A stretch of DNA of 63,951 nt, the filler included, from Craspedostauros australis (taxonomy: Eukaryota), in assembly GCA_030167865.1 (NCBI GenBank). It is 14 parts of 14 records of this genome, joined end to end, with 100 filler letters (N's around TTAATTAATTAA, not from the genome) between each part and the next. Parts side by side here need not be neighbours in the genome. Positions count along the whole stretch, not along the records: positions 38,468 to 45,585 come from JALAGF010004083.1; positions 45,686 to 47,792 come from JALAGF010004085.1; positions 47,893 to 53,232 come from JALAGF010004086.1; 11 more parts are not named here. One strand, 5' to 3'. The notes below the pieces were generated by a model. It was given only the letters and a program-made list of their open reading frames with translations, was not told the origin of the DNA and did no database searches. This document shows positions 38,368 to 49,681 of the stretch, in pieces (position 1 is the stretch's first letter; the number at the start of each line of letters is the position of its first letter). The position numbers and the translations under genes were made by a program.

Positions 38368-38730
38368 NNNNNNNNNNNNNNNNNNNNNNNNNNNNNNNNN
38401 NNNNNNNNNNNTTAATTAATTAANNNNNNNNNNNNNNNNNNNNNNNNNNNNNNNNNNNNNNNNNNNNCGATTACATTTCAAATCAAGAGGAGAAACTCCG
38501 GGTTGCAAAACGAACACAGACCAAAGCAATGAAGCAAAATCCATGCATAATCATACTCACATTGTATTCTAGTCTCTTAGTTACAAACACATCTCTGAGT
38601 TACTAGTTGTCAACAGAGCCAGGCAGTATCCTCGTCCAAATACGGGCGAGTTCACTGCTGGAAAACAACAACGCTGCGTGATGTGCAGGCGGTATGGACA
38701 CCATGCCAATTTTGCACTCACGTTGTGGGA

Positions 38731-41700
38731 TCAACCTGATGCATCCGTCAACACGGAAACATCATCGTCTTCATGGTCTTCTTCAAGACTATGGCTTTGA
38801 TGCATCGTGCCGCTATGATCGTTGGACATGTACGACATGCCGCCCCCTCTCCCGGAAACGCTGCCCTTCGCTGAACCCTGCATCCATTTGGTCTTGTGAT
38901 CGTTCACATCCACTCCAGCCCGCCACTCTGATCGTCCATTACGTGACGATGATGCATCAGCCATGGACCCCGTTGTGTTGTGGATGTCAATACCGACAAC
39001 CCGTTGATGAGCATTCTTGTGGTCACCACCTTGATGCTGCGCTTCGCCACGCCCATCTCCAATGTCCAAGTACTTGGATCTGCGCTCTTGGATATCTTTG
39101 ACCTTGACAGAACATCCCCACTCTCTGTAGTATTGCACAGCTCGTGTCATGTACTTACGGATTGAGTCGCGGAGAGAGGTCTGCAAAGCGTACATATCCG
39201 GGCTGGGCTTGGTGCGAGCGACTCTCCCGAGCGCTCGAATGAAGTGTTCGGCAGCCTGCTCGCATGCAATGGCGCAATAATGAGTCAACGATGCCTGCTG
39301 GGCCACAACGATGGCCATAGCGTAGGCGTCTTCTGCGCGGCGGATAGTCCAGAGGTCAGATCCTGTGGCCTTCAGAGAGAGCCTCTCGGCCTTGAGCAAC
39401 TGCAAGAGGCTCGTTGCATTGCTTCCCTTGTTGGCGACGAAGGCTCTGGCAAGGCCGATTTGCCGCTTCAGCTCCTTCTTGTGTTTGGCCTTGCCTGTGG
39501 CGAGATACAAGGCAGACGAGGACAGTCCTTGGGCGAGCATGACGGTCGTGTCGTAGCAATAGTTCTTGGAGTGATCTGGTAAACCATAGTACAGCTTCGT
39601 CATTTGCTGTGCGAGTTCGTATTTGCGCAAGAGGATGGTCGGCACCAGCAAAGCAGGGTATCTCGCTAGCAACCGATTTGCGTCGCTGCCACGTTTCTTC
39701 AGGTCCTGCTGTGTGTGTCCCTTGATGTCATCCCAATCGATTGGTTGGCCACCCGTCAAGTATTGCGACACCATCAATAATGCCACAGATGCGTCATCGT
39801 TCATTTTGATGTTGTAGACTTGGTATTGCTTGAGGACATTCTCCAGACTTCCCACCAAAGGCTGAAGCTTGCATCCAAAGTAAAACGCCAACACCTTGCT
39901 GCATTGAAGGTTCACCAGCCCCAACTCGAAGTTTCCAGATTCCATCCCAAGGGAATAGCCTTTCTCCAGGCCCTTGATGCATTTGCTATGGGGCTCGCTG
40001 CTTACGTAGATCGCTCCAGATGTGACCACATGAACCCAGCCAGCCTGTTCCGGCCCGCCTACGATTTGCAAGAGCTTGTGCGAAATACCAGCACACCGCA
40101 TCACCAAACTTCGATCTTCGCCGCAGATGTCGAAGATCATTCCCAGTGATGCGAACACCGGTGCAGACTCGGGACTGATCCCGTATCGCATGGTCGTGCG
40201 GGTCTGTTTCAGCGCTTGCACAAGCCATTGTATTGAATCACCGGTGAGAAAAGATCGGACGCCAATCTCACGGACGAATCGTACTGCCATCAGTATCTTT
40301 GGGTCCTGGAGGATGGGCAGATTCAGAATGTCCTCGTCCGTGTTGTTCTTGAGGAGGGCCTTCATCCACAGGAAATCATTCGCCACATGGAAAAGGTAAA
40401 AGCGTCTTGGGAACACGCCTAAATTCCGTGCTACCGATAAGCTGACGGAAAGAGACTCTGTCACCTTGTCCTCTCGTCCCAACGCTTGGGCCATGACGAA
40501 GTAGGTCGGGAGCTTCTCATCCAGCGTCCGCGCCTTCTTGATGATGGCATTGCCAATGTTGTGGCCGGTCTCGAAGTTGCCCAACGACAGCTCCACCTCC
40601 GACCGGCATCGGAACAGCTCCAGACACAGATCATAGTGATCCTCCCATGGATTGCGCACACGTTGCAGCGCCACGGATGCTTTCTGCAGGTAGGTGGCCG
40701 CAGACGACAGCGCGGCCATCTGGAGTGCCTTCTGGCCGACTTCGAGGTTGAAGGTGACGAGGAACAGATGATCCTTGGTTGACATGCTGTTGAGATGATT
40801 GGCCGCAATGAAGAGCAGACTGTCAACATCTCTGATGAGATGCTGCTGCTGGTGGTGGTGGTGATGATGGCGGCCTGCACGATTGGTGCCTGTAGGTCCT
40901 TCGGCATCGTCGTGTCCCTCTTGACCTTCCTCTTGATCTTCCTCTTGATCAGCGATCAATGTCGCTGTTGCTGCTGCCGCTGCTGTCGTTTTGGACTTTC
41001 GGTATATGTCCAGGAGACAGTTACCGATCTGCAACCGGAGCTTGTTGCGGGCCTCGCCAAAAGGAATCAACCCATGAGCTGCCTGCTGGACACGATCATG
41101 TGCGAAGTGATATCGACTCTCACCGATGGAGTTCGTGATGAGGCCCTCCAGAAGAGCCTTCTCCAGAACAGAGTGCAGCCGATCGATCGTCCATGCGGAA
41201 GCTTCCGGTATGGTCATCTGCGCGACTCCTCCTTCTGCTGTCACTCCTTCTCGTCCTCTTTGGAACATCATATCCAACCCACCATGATCATTCACATGCT
41301 GCAACACCACCTGCAGCACATGGATATCAAAGGTCGATCGAATGTAGGCCGCGACTGATAGAGCATATTGGAGATCATGTGGTTGATCCTTGAGCTGCAT
41401 CTCGATGATGGCCACGATGTTGTCACCGATGGGAAGATCGCCGTCGCCATCGCCATCGCCGCCACCGGTGGAGTGGCTCAGATCCCATTCCCATCTCTTG
41501 GAGGTGCGATTGTGGAGGATGATGCCCCCTCGCTTGAGCTCTTCGATGGCCTGGAGCGTGAAGTAGACGTTGCCGTGTGTCTTGTTGTGGATCTTGGATA
41601 CCAGCACCTTGAGGTCGTCGTCGTCGCGGGATCGATGAAGGAGGTGAGACAGCCACTGGGTGCAGTCTGTCACGGATAAATCACCCAGGGTGATCTGCTC

Positions 41701-43065
41701 GAGTTGTTTGGTGCTCTGGTTGACATCGATGTTGACATCGATGTTGACGTCATCCTGGGACAGCAGCCGGTCGAGAAACGATGTTTGCAAGGGTGCATCA
41801 GGCGAGAGCTCCATCGCTTGATGGTTGTGAGGATCTGTCTCCTGTCGGATCGCACCGAGCAACATGAAGCCGTTGAGACCAGTGTCGGTGAGAAGGGACG
41901 CCAGAAGCTCCAGTCCAGCTGCGGATGACCATTGCAGATCGTCAAGGAAGAGGTAGACGGGTCGTTGTGGAGTGGAGATGGCCTTCATGAATTGGATGAA
42001 GATGTAGCAGAGCCGGTTCCAGGCACTCTGGGGGTTAGCTGTGGCTGCGTTGTTACTGGTATCTCCGCCAACGTCAACGCCAACGCCAACGTCAACTACC
42101 TCCGACATGGCGTGGCCAAGCACGCTGTTGGTGGATACGGATCCATTGCTCAGGTCATTGTTGGATGTGGCACGCTGTACGTTTCTCTTTGATGGAGTTG
42201 ATCTGCCGGTCATGACACTCGAGGATGACCCCACAGTGTCGGAGACCAGCACAGATAGAGATGGGACGACCGCGATCAAAGCTGCCATGGCCGAGTGGGT
42301 CTGAGCCGGAGTGCCGATGTGCGTCTGGCTGACCGAGTCGTTGTGAGTAATGTTGTCTTGGTCTTGGTCGGCGACGTCGGTGTCTGCGGCGAATGCATTT
42401 TGTACGCATCGTCGCATTCGCTCGAGCTCATCAGCAGATCCTTGCTGGAGCTGGGTCGCGAAGTCATCGAGTGCTTGGATGATGGCGGAGAATGGATCCT
42501 TGCTGCCAGTGTACTCGTCGTACTTTCCACGCATCATGTAGCAGCAGGAGCATCGTTTTTGTGCCTGCTGCGGATCTTGGTGCTCATCTGAGTGCTTGTT
42601 TGACTGGCTTCTGACCCCGCAGGAGCAGCATGTTTGATTGAGAAAGTGCTCGATGAGCATGGACTTGCCTGTTCCGCTGGTTCCCCAAACCAAGGCAGCT
42701 GGGAAGATGGGTTGGTTGTCGTGGATGCGCTGTCGGGTGTTGCGCAGATGCTGCAGCTCTTCATCTCTTCCGAAGAAGAAGAAGTCGTCAGTAGGCTGAT
42801 CCGGGACGTGCGGAGGCATCGCCGCGGAAGTGGACGAAGACACGGAATCTGTTTCCTCAGTCTCGCTCAACTTGGGAGCCGGGAGTTGGGGAATCGATAG
42901 GGTGATAGTGGAGCTGGCCTCCGTTGCCGTTGTCTGTTGTGGAGTGTCGGCTGAAGACGACTCCGTACACGCAGAGCTATCATAGTTGTTGCCCATGTTG
43001 GCCTTCATGGTGGTACTAGTATTGAACTCAGTGTTGGCGGTGCTCATGGATTCATCAGTGTTCAT
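38731..43065 (-). CDS. Large intronless STAND-like P-loop ATPase (AAA_16/COG3899-type) with a helical TPR-like C-terminal region
   Basis: FFGRDEELQHL. Walker A GTSGTGKS. GKYDEY...PFSAI. Walker B LFLDDLQWS. KTHGNVYF. YHFAHDRVQQAA. C-terminal YYREWG..VKV. The ORF is open to 43155, with the first ATG at 43065. Confidence 0.88.
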   Translation of the reverse strand: MNTDESMSTANTEFNTSTTMKANMGNNYDSSACTESSSADTPQQTTATEASSTITLSIPQLPAPKLSETEETDSVSSSTSAAMPPHVPDQPTDDFFFFGRDEELQHLRNTRQRIHDNQPIFPAALVWGTSGTGKSMLIEHFLNQTCCSCGVRSQSNKHSDEHQDPQQAQKRCSCCYMMRGKYDEYTGSKDPFSAIIQALDDFATQLQQGSADELERMRRCVQNAFAADTDVADQDQDNITHNDSVSQTHIGTPAQTHSAMAALIAVVPSLSVLVSDTVGSSSSVMTGRSTPSKRNVQRATSNNDLSNGSVSTNSVLGHAMSEVVDVGVGVDVGGDTSNNAATANPQSAWNRLCYIFIQFMKAISTPQRPVYLFLDDLQWSSAAGLELLASLLTDTGLNGFMLLGAIRQETDPHNHQAMELSPDAPLQTSFLDRLLSQDDVNIDVNIDVNQSTKQLEQITLGDLSVTDCTQWLSHLLHRSRDDDDLKVLVSKIHNKTHGNVYFTLQAIEELKRGGIILHNRTSKRWEWDLSHSTGGGDGDGDGDLPIGDNIVAIIEMQLKDQPHDLQYALSVAAYIRSTFDIHVLQVVLQHVNDHGGLDMMFQRGREGVTAEGGVAQMTIPEASAWTIDRLHSVLEKALLEGLITNSIGESRYHFAHDRVQQAAHGLIPFGEARNKLRLQIGNCLLDIYRKSKTTAAAAATATLIADQEEDQEEGQEGHDDAEGPTGTNRAGRHHHHHHQQQHLIRDVDSLLFIAANHLNSMSTKDHLFLVTFNLEVGQKALQMAALSSAATYLQKASVALQRVRNPWEDHYDLCLELFRCRSEVELSLGNFETGHNIGNAIIKKARTLDEKLPTYFVMAQALGREDKVTESLSVSLSVARNLGVFPRRFYLFHVANDFLWMKALLKNNTDEDILNLPILQDPKILMAVRFVREIGVRSFLTGDSIQWLVQALKQTRTTMRYGISPESAPVFASLGMIFDICGEDRSLVMRCAGISHKLLQIVGGPEQAGWVHVVTSGAIYVSSEPHSKCIKGLEKGYSLGMESGNFELGLVNLQCSKVLAFYFGCKLQPLVGSLENVLKQYQVYNIKMNDDASVALLMVSQYLTGGQPIDWDDIKGHTQQDLKKRGSDANRLLARYPALLVPTILLRKYELAQQMTKLYYGLPDHSKNYCYDTTVMLAQGLSSSALYLATGKAKHKKELKRQIGLARAFVANKGSNATSLLQLLKAERLSLKATGSDLWTIRRAEDAYAMAIVVAQQASLTHYCAIACEQAAEHFIRALGRVARTKPSPDMYALQTSLRDSIRKYMTRAVQYYREWGCSVKVKDIQERRSKYLDIGDGRGEAQHQGGDHKNAHQRVVGIDIHNTTGSMADASSSRNGRSEWRAGVDVNDHKTKWMQGSAKGSVSGRGGGMSYMSNDHSGTMHQSHSLEEDHEDDDVSVLTDASG

Positions 43066-43260
43066 TTTATGACGTGCACAATCGTGACTTTGTCGGTGGC
43101 GCTGTGGGTGCCGATACTGGAGACGTGATGCATTTGGCGGCGTGTGATGAACCACCGACCCCAGCGAAGGAACAATGTCATGACGGCCACCCGCGAGTCA
43201 CAGGACACCACTACGGAGAGGTGTTGAAGTTTCGTTATGGCGAGTGTGGGCGTGTCTGAT

Positions 43261-43597
43261 TGGGGGGGTTCGAGTGGCCCCAGAAGCTGGGTACTGGGAC
43301 ACGCCAGGCTGTCCGAATTTCAGGGGGAGCCCCACAATAGAGACTTGTCTGGGCGCAATGGAGGCAGCCACTGTCGTGAGGATTAAGGCCTTTGAAATGC
43401 CCGTCATGGTACATATCATCTGCGTCACACGATTCCAAATAAGAACCGTAACCACAACAAAGCTCGGGAGAAGTACTCAACACTCCCCTCAATTCACCCT
43501 TCAATAGGATGGCTTGCTCCCCGAAGTGATAAAGTTTAAGCCATTTGATTGGCTGGGGTCGCCAGCCATGCCAATAATAGCCACTCGAACCCCTCCA
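43261..43597. mobile_element. MITE-like element with terminal inverted repeats
   Basis: ATTGGGGGGGTTCGAGTGGC (43259-43278) and GCCACTCGAACCCCTCCAAT (43580-43599) are 19/20 complementary. AT dinucleotide at 43259-43260 and 43598-43599. No coding capacity. Confidence 0.7.
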
Positions 43598-45000
43598 ATG
43601 TTTCGACTTCGTACGAGTTATGCCATCAGCACTGCCTTGACATCCAATAGGGCGTAACTGGCTCCCGCGATCACTTCCGAACGCACTTCCATGATGTGGT
43701 CAGCGGAATGAATGGACCCTATTAGGATGGTATTCTCCCTTTGGATAATCGTTCTTCGTTGATTGACATGGTCATTGTTGTGACTATCGTTCACAAGGAA
43801 CCATGGAGCCGCATCGAGTTCCATCGAGTTGTTGCGAGAAGCGAAAGAGAAGAAAGTCGTGACGATGTGGCTTGTGCGTTTCTGTGAGTTCGATGGTTCC
43901 AGGGACACTCGGCAACAAGTCGGGATTCCCTTCGATCAATCACACACTTTGAGTAATTTTGTAAGACCCACGTCAGCCAATGACCGTACGACCACGGCAG
44001 GATTTTGAAAAAATGGGCTCCTATAGAGACTAAAATTTAACCATACATACTTTAACACATTGGTAATAAGGAACAGGTTCTATACAGTGAGTCCAGCCTT
44101 TGGTTATAAAGTTATGATGGCGTCAGCCTAGCGTTTTAGAGGCAAAACGTGATGCAAGCGGCCAGAATTCGCTTTTTCGGGAGNTCCTGTCACGACACGT
44201 GGCACCCATTTCTATCTGATTTTCGCTTTCTTTGTGTTTTGCTTGGTGGGAAGCTCGATTTGGAACAAAAAATACTACTCCGCTCGGACGAGTGTGCTGT
44301 GGGACATGAGTTGGGACTGTCATTAACGGTAAAGGGTTAAGTTGAAAGCTGCGGTAAACCCTGTTCCTGCTATTCCCAAAGCTCCCTTCCCGAGTGCTGC
44401 ACGCTCGCAACCACGTCATCAACAGACTCTTTTTTGTCTTTGTGGGTGTGTCGCAACACCGCATCAACATGTGACGTCATTTCTCTGAGTTGCTCAATGA
44501 GACACCTCCATCCCAGTATCAGGTATTCGTTCATTTTGTCTCCTTTCTGTTCGCGGCGATCATNTGGGCAAATACGAGCTTCGTGCGCATACTACAGGTT
44601 GGCTCGCCGCGTGCACGAGTCATCATTTTTGGGAGTACCCTGCTGCGCATCATGATCGCAAACACAGCATTATTATCTGCACTGCTTTAGAATACACGAC
44701 TGCCTACTGCCACTATCAAGGTGCTCGATCTTACAGGGTTCGCCACATTCTAGTTGCGTTCACCCAACGCTTTTGTATGCATCAAAGTTGTGTATGCTGT
44801 GCGTTGCACAATGGAACGTGCTTGTTTCGTTCTGACTTGTTGTTGTCAACGTCTCTGTGATGCACCTTACCAATTCCTCAGTGTATAGCTTTGAATGAGA
44901 GCCTTCCATGTACTTGTTTGTTGGGGTTTTGTGTGCATGTTTGTATGCATCACTCACTCTCTGTGCAATGGCGCAAGCAAGTGGAAAAATCATCCACGAC

Positions 45001-45585
45001 TGTAGGAATGTGCAAATGTGTATTTACATCGCTCACCCATTGTTCTCTTATACTCATCTACGGATGGTACAACTACATTCGTGTCATGAGTGAACTGTGA
45101 TTGAACGAAATCACATCACCAAATCGAACACATGAAAATGAGCAGAATTTCTGGAGGAAACTTGCAATCAACGATTTCTGAGAGTATCAGGAACATCATC
45201 CGTCCATCCATCAATGGAAATGCATGGCATCAAGTGAAGCTTGATGTATTTCCCAACTAAACCTCAAATGACGATATCCTCACCAGACCATCACATCATT
45301 GATGGAGCATGGAATCAGAAGGACTGTGGAAGGTGACAGCTGATGTTGACAAGATGTCATCATGTTGACATCTGTCTCCACATCAGATCAAGAAAGCGAA
45401 GATTTGATGACCAAGGGACATTGAGATTGTGGATATGCAAGGAGGAGTTCGAATGAGATGTTGGCGACTGCACACAAAGTAGTAGGCCAGTAGAGGATGA
45501 GACAACTGAATATGTATCAAATACAGAGCACGTATCGAGTACGGAATATTGTGTAGAACCAACATGCAAGAAAGAGAGAGAGAGA
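45001..45585 (+). mobile_element. Third, more diverged copy of the copia LTR, truncated by the contig end at its (GA)n tract
   Basis: Matches the reverse complement of the 52121-52930 LTR (GGTACAACTACATTCGTGTC; GAACACATGAAAATGAGCAGAATTTCTGGAGGAAA; CCCAACTAAACCT). Begins with TG at 45001. Confidence 0.8.
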
Positions 45586-45869
45586 NNNNNNNNNNNNNNN
45601 NNNNNNNNNNNNNNNNNNNNNNNNNNNNNTTAATTAATTAANNNNNNNNNNNNNNNNNNNNNNNNNNNNNNNNNNNNNNNNNNNNGGCATACGAGCGATG
45701 AGTACTGCTCGTCTGTACCATACGAGGACTTGCAACTAATCTGCGCTTGTTTCTTCTGACAGTCTGCAGAGATAGATAAATAGATAGAAGGGAACTGGCA
45801 ACTGCTCGGAATTCCTCACTTGCCTGCGATTATTGGGCGTATCGCCATCATTGATTGGTTTCATTTGCT

Positions 45870-47531
45870 TCAGTCACGTGGCAGCCTGGCGAAGCTCTGC
45901 TCTCGAACGACTGCGTCTGCTATGCGCAACGAGTACACCGCCTGCATGTAGTTCACGTCGATGACGGCGTGCACACCGTCCGACGTCTCCGCGTTTTTCG
46001 TCATGTTCAGGATGTCCATGAAGATGACGTTGCTGGGAATGCCGGAGTTGTTCGATCGTAGAGCGGAGTCGATCTTTCTGTTGAAGCGCACCTTGGGCTC
46101 CCAGGCTTGGTGTGGGAATCTCGGATCGAGAGATTTGTGCTGTGCGCCAAGGCCCATCCATATGAAAACGATAGGAGTGCCGTTGTCTTCGCATTCGCGC
46201 AGTTTGGGATGGTGCCAAATGGAGTGGAACAATTCGAGGGTGGGAACTGGCTCCACCTTCATATGCAGCCCTCCCTGCACTATCACGAGGACTGGCCGTT
46301 TGTCCTCGCCACATTGGATATCCTTGAAACCCGACTCCGCGTACTCTGCCATCATTTTAGTTTCACGCACCTCCTCGTAGGCGAGGGCGGTCGTCAACGA
46401 ATCGCCTTGGTGATCAATGGACGTGACATTGAAATATCTCCATGTTTCCTCGTACGCTCGGCAGACGTCGTGCTCGCTGAAGAGACCATCGCACTGGCAG
46501 ATAGCGGATGGATCTATGCCCCTGTTGTTTCCGGATGCGTTCCTGAGAAGGTGCTTGCCACCCGAGATGAAATCCTGAGAAAGCAGCATGCGGAACCCGA
46601 TGTAGGATTGCCGCGAAATGGAATCTCCCAGCCAGAAAATATTTGAAAATTGACCCAGCATCTCCATCACGTCTTCCGTTGATAGCGACATGTCTGTACG
46701 ACATCCAAATGGGACGAACCAAGATGGGAAGTCGGCATTGTTGGCCGTCTCCGCATCTGGCCAAACCCTGTGACCGTCTCGGATGGATGTGACGAATTCC
46801 TGCACCGTCTCGCAATCTTTCGATGGCATCGTAACGTGCGCGCGCTCATCATCGTCTCCCGCCGCGGTGCTCGCGCTTTCTTGCACACCACTCTGGTCGA
46901 AGAGGAACATCGCAGAGAAGGGCTTGGCATTGCTTCCGTCATGATCGATCTTGTTCTTGGTGTAACGACGCAGCACGTGGTTGTGGTGTTTGCACAGCTC
47001 GAAACCTGCCATCGATTCGTTGGGAGACACGGGAATGATGTTTTGAAACTGGTATTCATTCAATCTTTCGCGTTGCGGCGTGATGCCGCGGTTGGGCTTC
47101 ATGAGGAAGTGTCTGATGCTGCCGATCACATCTGTGACTGTCCCCCATGCATCTCTATCGCTCGCGCGCTCGATTGTGCGAATGTTCGTCGTGCCTCCAC
47201 GGCCATCCGCGTTATCCCGGTTTATCTGTGGTGTGAACAACATCCGGTTCGCCTGTGGCGTGGACAGCATCCAGCTCGCCTGCGGCGTGAACATCATGCT
47301 GTTCACTGCCAACATAACGAAAAGGAGCGCTGTAGACAACCATAGAATGCGTCCTCGTCGCTTTCCATGGGTGCGGCCATTGAAGGATGCAACGAGCGCT
47401 GCGGATTGTGGATTTGATGCTACGTCGCCCAGCGCAGTGCTGGATTTGCTGTTCTGCTGCTTTCTGCACATCTTCCTGGTCGTATCGCTGCGACAGGGTG
47501 TGGGCTTGTCGTCATCTGCAAAGTCCGTCAT
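45870..47531 (-). CDS. Type II membrane SGNH/GDSL-like (TBL/PC-esterase-like) protein, variant 1 (553 aa)
   Basis: Basic stretch plus TM segment (ILWLSTALLFVMLAV). WLGDSISRQ (GDS motif). C-terminal SDGVH (DxxH motif). Confidence 0.78.
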   Translation of the reverse strand: MTDFADDDKPTPCRSDTTRKMCRKQQNSKSSTALGDVASNPQSAALVASFNGRTHGKRRGRILWLSTALLFVMLAVNSMMFTPQASWMLSTPQANRMLFTPQINRDNADGRGGTTNIRTIERASDRDAWGTVTDVIGSIRHFLMKPNRGITPQRERLNEYQFQNIIPVSPNESMAGFELCKHHNHVLRRYTKNKIDHDGSNAKPFSAMFLFDQSGVQESASTAAGDDDERAHVTMPSKDCETVQEFVTSIRDGHRVWPDAETANNADFPSWFVPFGCRTDMSLSTEDVMEMLGQFSNIFWLGDSISRQSYIGFRMLLSQDFISGGKHLLRNASGNNRGIDPSAICQCDGLFSEHDVCRAYEETWRYFNVTSIDHQGDSLTTALAYEEVRETKMMAEYAESGFKDIQCGEDKRPVLVIVQGGLHMKVEPVPTLELFHSIWHHPKLRECEDNGTPIVFIWMGLGAQHKSLDPRFPHQAWEPKVRFNRKIDSALRSNNSGIPSNVIFMDILNMTKNAETSDGVHAVIDVNYMQAVYSLRIADAVVREQSFARLPRD

Positions 47532-48076
47532 GTCTGACAGAAGTGGCTGCTATTATGGTTGCTGATGATGATCCATCGTGTTGGTGGTGTTGGTCCTCCC
47601 TTCTTCTTGCACAAACGATGGCACAGTTTAGCAAGTATCTCGACAGACAGGCGGGGCAAAGTGGTGTTGATGACAGCAGAGGAGTAGACACGGAGCTGCC
47701 TGTTGGTGCCGACTGCCACAGGAACGAAACGCTTCCGTTGCGTTTGGATGATTTGAAAATAGATGTGCGCGATGGTCGAGACGTGCCTGGTCNNNNNNNN
47801 NNNNNNNNNNNNNNNNNNNNNNNNNNNNNNNNNNNNTTAATTAATTAANNNNNNNNNNNNNNNNNNNNNNNNNNNNNNNNNNNNNNNNNNNNGGCATACG
47901 AGCGATGAGTACTGCTCGTCTGTACCATACGAGGACTTGCAACTAATCTGCGCTTGTTTCTTCTGACAGTCTGCAGAGATAGATAAATAGATAGAAGGGA
48001 ACTGGCAACTGCTCGGAATTCCTCACTTGCCTGCGATTATTGGGCGTATCGCCATCATTGATTGGTTTCATTTGCT

Positions 48077-49681
48077 TCAGTCACGTGGCAGCCTGGCGAA
48101 GCTCTGCTCTCGAACGACTGCGTCTGCTATGCGCAACGAGTACACCGCCTGCATGTAGTTCACGTCGATGACGGCGTGCACACCGTCCGACGTCTCCGCG
48201 TTTTTCGTCATGTTCAGGATGTCCATGAAGATGACGTTGCTGGGAATGCCGGAGTTGTTCGATCGTAGAGCGGAGTCGATCTTTCTGTTGAAGCGCACCT
48301 TGGGCTCCCAGGCTTGGTGTGGGAATCTCGGATCGAGAGATTTGTGCTGTGCGCCAAGGCCCATCCATATGAAAACGATAGGAGTGCCGTTGTCTTCGCA
48401 TTCGCGCAGTTTGGGATGGTGCCAAATGGAGTGGAACAATTCGAGGGTGGGAACTGGCTCCACCTTCATATGCAGCCCTCCCTGCACTATCACGAGGACT
48501 GGCCGTTTGTCCTCGCCACATTGGATATCCTTGAAACCCGACTCCGCGTACTCTGCCATCATTTTAGTTTCACGCACCTCCTCGTAGGCGAGGGCGGTCG
48601 TCAACGAATCGCCTTGGTGATCAATGGACGTGACATTGAAATATCTCCATGTTTCCTCGTACGCTCGGCAGACGTCGTGCTCGCTGAAGAGACCATCGCA
48701 CTGGCAGATAGCGGATGGATCTATGCCCCTGTTGTTTCCGGATGCGTTCCTGAGAAGGTGCTTGCCACCCGAGATGAAATCCTGAGAAAGCAGCATGCGG
48801 AACCCGATGTAGGATTGCCGCGAAATGGAATCTCCCAGCCAGAAAATATTTGAAAATTGACCCAGCATCTCCATCACGTCTTCCGTTGATAGCGACATGT
48901 CTGTACGACATCCAAATGGGACGAACCAAGATGGGAAGTCGGCATTGTTGGCCGTCTCCGCATCTGGCCAAACCCTGTGACCGTCTCGGATGGATGTGAC
49001 GAATTCCTGCACCGTCTCGCAATCTTTCGATGGCATCGTAACGTGCGCGCGCTCATCATCGTCTCCCGCCGCGGTGCTCGCGCTTTCTTGCACACCACTC
49101 TGGTCGAAGAGGAACATCGCAGAGAAGGGCTTGGCATTGCTTCCGTCATGATCGATCTTGTTCTTGGTGTAACGACGCAGCACGTGGTTGTGGTGTTTGC
49201 ACAGCTCGAAACCTGCCATCGATTCGTTGGGAGACACGGGAATGATGTTTTGAAACTGGTATTCATTCAATCTTTCGCGTTGCGGCGTGATGCCGCGGTT
49301 GGGCTTCATGAGGAAGTGTCTGATGCTGCCGATCACATCTGTGACTGTCCCCCATGCATCTCTATCGCTCGCGCGCTCGATTGTGCGAATGTTCGTCGTG
49401 CCTCCACGGCCATCCGCGTTGTTCCGGTTCACCTCTATGAACAGCATGCTGTTCACTGCCAACAGAACGAAAAAGATCGCTGTGGACAACCATGGAATGC
49501 GTCCTCTTTGCTTTCCACGAGTGCGGCCATTGAAGGATGCGACGGGCGCTGCGGATTGTGGATTTGATGCTACGTCGCCCAGCGCAGTGCTGGATTTGCT
49601 GTTCTGCTGTTTTCTGCACATCTTCCTGGTCGTATCGCTGCGCCAGGGTGTGGGCTTGTCGTCATCTGCAAAGTCCGTCAT
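48077..49681 (-). CDS. Type II membrane SGNH/TBL-like protein, variant 2 (534 aa)
   Basis: Catalytic region identical to variant 1 (47893-49420 = 45686-47213). Differs in the N-terminus and lacks the stem repeats. Confidence 0.78.
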   Translation of the reverse strand: MTDFADDDKPTPWRSDTTRKMCRKQQNSKSSTALGDVASNPQSAAPVASFNGRTRGKQRGRIPWLSTAIFFVLLAVNSMLFIEVNRNNADGRGGTTNIRTIERASDRDAWGTVTDVIGSIRHFLMKPNRGITPQRERLNEYQFQNIIPVSPNESMAGFELCKHHNHVLRRYTKNKIDHDGSNAKPFSAMFLFDQSGVQESASTAAGDDDERAHVTMPSKDCETVQEFVTSIRDGHRVWPDAETANNADFPSWFVPFGCRTDMSLSTEDVMEMLGQFSNIFWLGDSISRQSYIGFRMLLSQDFISGGKHLLRNASGNNRGIDPSAICQCDGLFSEHDVCRAYEETWRYFNVTSIDHQGDSLTTALAYEEVRETKMMAEYAESGFKDIQCGEDKRPVLVIVQGGLHMKVEPVPTLELFHSIWHHPKLRECEDNGTPIVFIWMGLGAQHKSLDPRFPHQAWEPKVRFNRKIDSALRSNNSGIPSNVIFMDILNMTKNAETSDGVHAVIDVNYMQAVYSLRIADAVVREQSFARLPRD

